The notes under the pieces are model-generated. The model made no database searches. It saw only the letters and a list, made by a program, of their open reading frames with translations, and had not been told where the DNA came from. A stretch of 63,202 nt of DNA, filler included, from Octopus bimaculoides (lineage: Eukaryota): the NCBI RefSeq assembly GCF_001194135.2. It is 8 parts of 8 records of this genome, joined end to end, with 100 filler letters (N's around TTAATTAATTAA, not from the genome) between each part and the next. Parts side by side here need not be neighbours in the genome. Positions count along the whole stretch, not along the records: positions 59,905 to 63,202 come from NW_026407353.1; 7 more parts are not named here. One strand, written 5' to 3'. This document shows positions 60,859-63,202 of this stretch, piece by piece; position 1 is the stretch's first letter, and the number at the start of each line of letters is the position of its first letter. The position numbers were made by a program, and so were the translations under genes.

Positions 60859-61196
60859 TTACTACTCCTATCACACTCAAACTCTGTCTGTGATACTTTA
60901 ATAATACACAGAAAACAAATTGATGTAGTTGTATGCTCAACATACTGTCCACCAAATACCGCAAAGCAAGAGGGTAAATTTGAGGATAGCCTCAGACGCA
61001 TAGAAGAGGTCTTGACAAATCTGGACCAACACATCAATATACTTTTCCTAGGCGACTTTAACCTCCCAAATGTTAAATGGTCTGAAGGTCACATCCCCTC
61101 TGGGATGTCACTGCATCAACAAAGCCAGGCAAAATCTTTGTTAGAAATCTCCAGCATGTTGTTCATGGAACAAGTGATACTCCAACCAACCAGAAC
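60859..61196 (+). mobile_element. CR1-type APE endonuclease fragment, inverted relative to the adjacent LINE 3' end
   Basis: Open frame SHSNSVCDTLII...VVCSTYCPPN...ILFLGDFNLPNVKW...MEQVILQPTR. Confidence 0.9.
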
Positions 61197-61575
61197 TTTC
61201 CATTCTTCACTATATATATATTCAAATTAGACGCGAATTTCAAGTCTTAGATTTAGTAGTTGATAAAGAGATGATTTAGAAATGAGTTACAATCCCCTAC
61301 AACACTATGACCTCTCCATACGATTCTTCGAAGTGTAATCTATTCTTAACTAGAATAGCGACAACATGAATTTCTTCCATCTTCTTGCTCTGTTAGAAGA
61401 TTTGAGAAAACTTATATTAATGTTTCAAACTTGTGAAAATTCTATTTATTTATTTGCGCAGCTGAAGGTGGCATTGCATTTAAATTGATGTAATGATTGC
61501 ATTGTTCAATTAAATGAAACGGACGTACTGCATCACTACTGTTATACTGTAGCTTATTTTGAAATATACATATAA

Positions 61576-61612
<37 letters not shown>

Positions 61613-62598
61613 TTTATGAATATATATATATATGTATAAATATATATATGTGTATATATATATTTACTTATATATTTTTTTAAAAACTAATAAATAAAAT
61701 GACCATCCCGAAATAGAGGCGTGTGCGTATATGTATATATATTTTTATATTTTCTTGAGCAATATATAACTGTTTCGCGGCCCCTATTGCTGCATTTCGT
61801 CAATATTGACCACTTCTTAGACATACTGACCGGAAGCGCATAATCTCATTTATGCTGGAAATAGATAGACTTTACACTGATTTGTGGGTGGTAAAATGTA
61901 ATGAATGGAAACGAAGTGAACAAAATTAGATCATTGTTCGGCAATGGGATATGATTTGTTAATCTTAGACATGGATTAAAGCGTATAAGCTGTGAGTGTA
62001 TCTATCGTACCTAATTCATGTGCGCGAGGACGTGCGTGTCCTATGGTATTATCTACTGTGGTTGATGATGATGACAGTGACGAAGAGGATGGTAATGGTG
62101 ATTGATGAAGCTAATTATGACGGTAATGGTGATAAAAACAATAAGAGACACCATACTTACTTTCATCAATGAATTCCATGTGACTTTGTTGAACTCCTAA
62201 ATTACGCAATGCCTGGGATTTGTTCAAAACGTGGGAGATATTGCGCCGCATTTGACTTTTAGTCATTTCGCTAAATACTGTACAGTAAATAGCAAATATT
62301 TTATTTCTGTTTGAGCTGAAATAAGAATAGATACATGTCAGTCGGTATGTATGTCTGTATGTATGTTATCGTAATTTTTTTGTAGACCAAGGTAATCTAA
62401 TTGGTTTTAAAGATAATTTTGTTGTAATACTAGTAATCTAAATTGCACGTTTTCAATAAAATTGACCATTGACTGACCAGCCAAACTTCCATTTACCTAT
62501 AATGGATACCAATGTATCAACACTGATGTGTATAAAACATAATTTCTTGACATTAGTATGGTTGCTATTATATCCTTGTTAATTACAGGTATCAATAA

Positions 62599-62818
62599 GG
62601 CGACGAACTGAAAGAAACGTTAACACGCTGTGAGATATGCCTGACGGTATTTAGTCTGCCGCTACGTTCTGAGTTCAAATTCCGCCGAGGTCGACTTTAC
62701 CTTTCATCCTTTCGGGGTCGAAAAATTAAATAGCAGTTACGCACTGGGGTCGATATAATCGGCTTAATATGTTTGTCCCCTCTCTGTATAGCCCCTTGTG
62801 GGCAGTAAAGAAATATAA
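62599..62818 (+). mobile_element. SINE family B, tail variant 2
   Basis: Family B head and body, then the tail TTTGTCCCCTCTCTGTATAGCCCCTTGTGGGCAGTAAAGAAATA. Confidence 0.88.
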
Positions 62819-63008
62819 AACGTTAACACGCCTGGGGAAATACTTAGCAGTATTTCATTTGCCTTTACGTTCTGAGTTCAAATTCGACTTTACCTTTCAT
62901 CTTTTCGGATTCGATAAATTAAATAAATACCAGTTGCGTAATGGGGTCGATCTAATCGACTAGACCCCTCCTCAAAAATTTCGGTCCTTGTGCTTAGAGC
63001 AGAAAAGA
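62819..63008 (+). mobile_element. SINE family B, tail variant 1, 5'-clipped
   Basis: Starts at AACGTTAACACG; tail CCCCTCCTCAAAAATTTCGGTCCTTGTGCTTAGAGCAGAAAAG. Confidence 0.88.
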
Positions 63009-63202
63009 AACAAAAGAAATACAGGTGACATTAAAGCCAATTAAACCACAACTCCAAAACATAAACGAATCCGCCTGTTAGAAATCAATGAAATCACTAC
63101 ACACATACACACCCATCACACACCCAAACGCACATACACACATACACCGATGACTTCTATTTCTCTTGACCATATTATACTGATGAGTAGAGGTTGTATA
63201 AT

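Noticed and set aside
1-63202. Dozens of ORFs rich in YI/HT/CV/LS or X
   Set aside because: They are translations of (TA)n, (CA)n, (CTAT)n, (GA)n tracts or N runs; there is no protein signal.

Overview
AT-rich, repeat-saturated eukaryotic DNA with many N gaps. I infer an octopus genome from the SINE families and microsatellite load; this rests on recall, not a search. No intact host gene, rRNA, bona fide tRNA gene or CRISPR array can be supported, and most ORFs in the track are translations of microsatellites or N runs. The interpretable content is a transposon graveyard. There are about 30 tRNA-headed SINE copies in at least four modular families (called A, B, C and E here), plus a headless ~190-bp repeat (D) and an RTE-type (GAT)n-tailed repeat. 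LINE fragments come from four clades: CR1-like, Tx1/L1-like, R4/Dong-like (RLE) and RTE-like. There is also a Penelope-like element, Tc1/mariner elements (including a DD37D/maT copy with both TIRs) and two MITEs. Four observations stand out. (1) SINE family A and the CR1-like LINEs share a 3' tail whose hairpin shows a compensatory base-pair change, pointing to a SINE-LINE partnership. (2) A minimal hammerhead ribozyme fold lies in the inverted terminal repeat of the Penelope-like element. (3) One CR1 copy has a 5'-inverted endonuclease segment resembling twin priming. (4) R4/Dong fragments are piled up on (TAA)n/(AAC)n tracts. Weak candidates for a decayed LRR-coding segment and a few small exons are listed at low confidence. 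Seven 100-bp gaps carry an artificial TTAATTAATTAA linker. All coordinates were read by eye; element boundaries are approximate.
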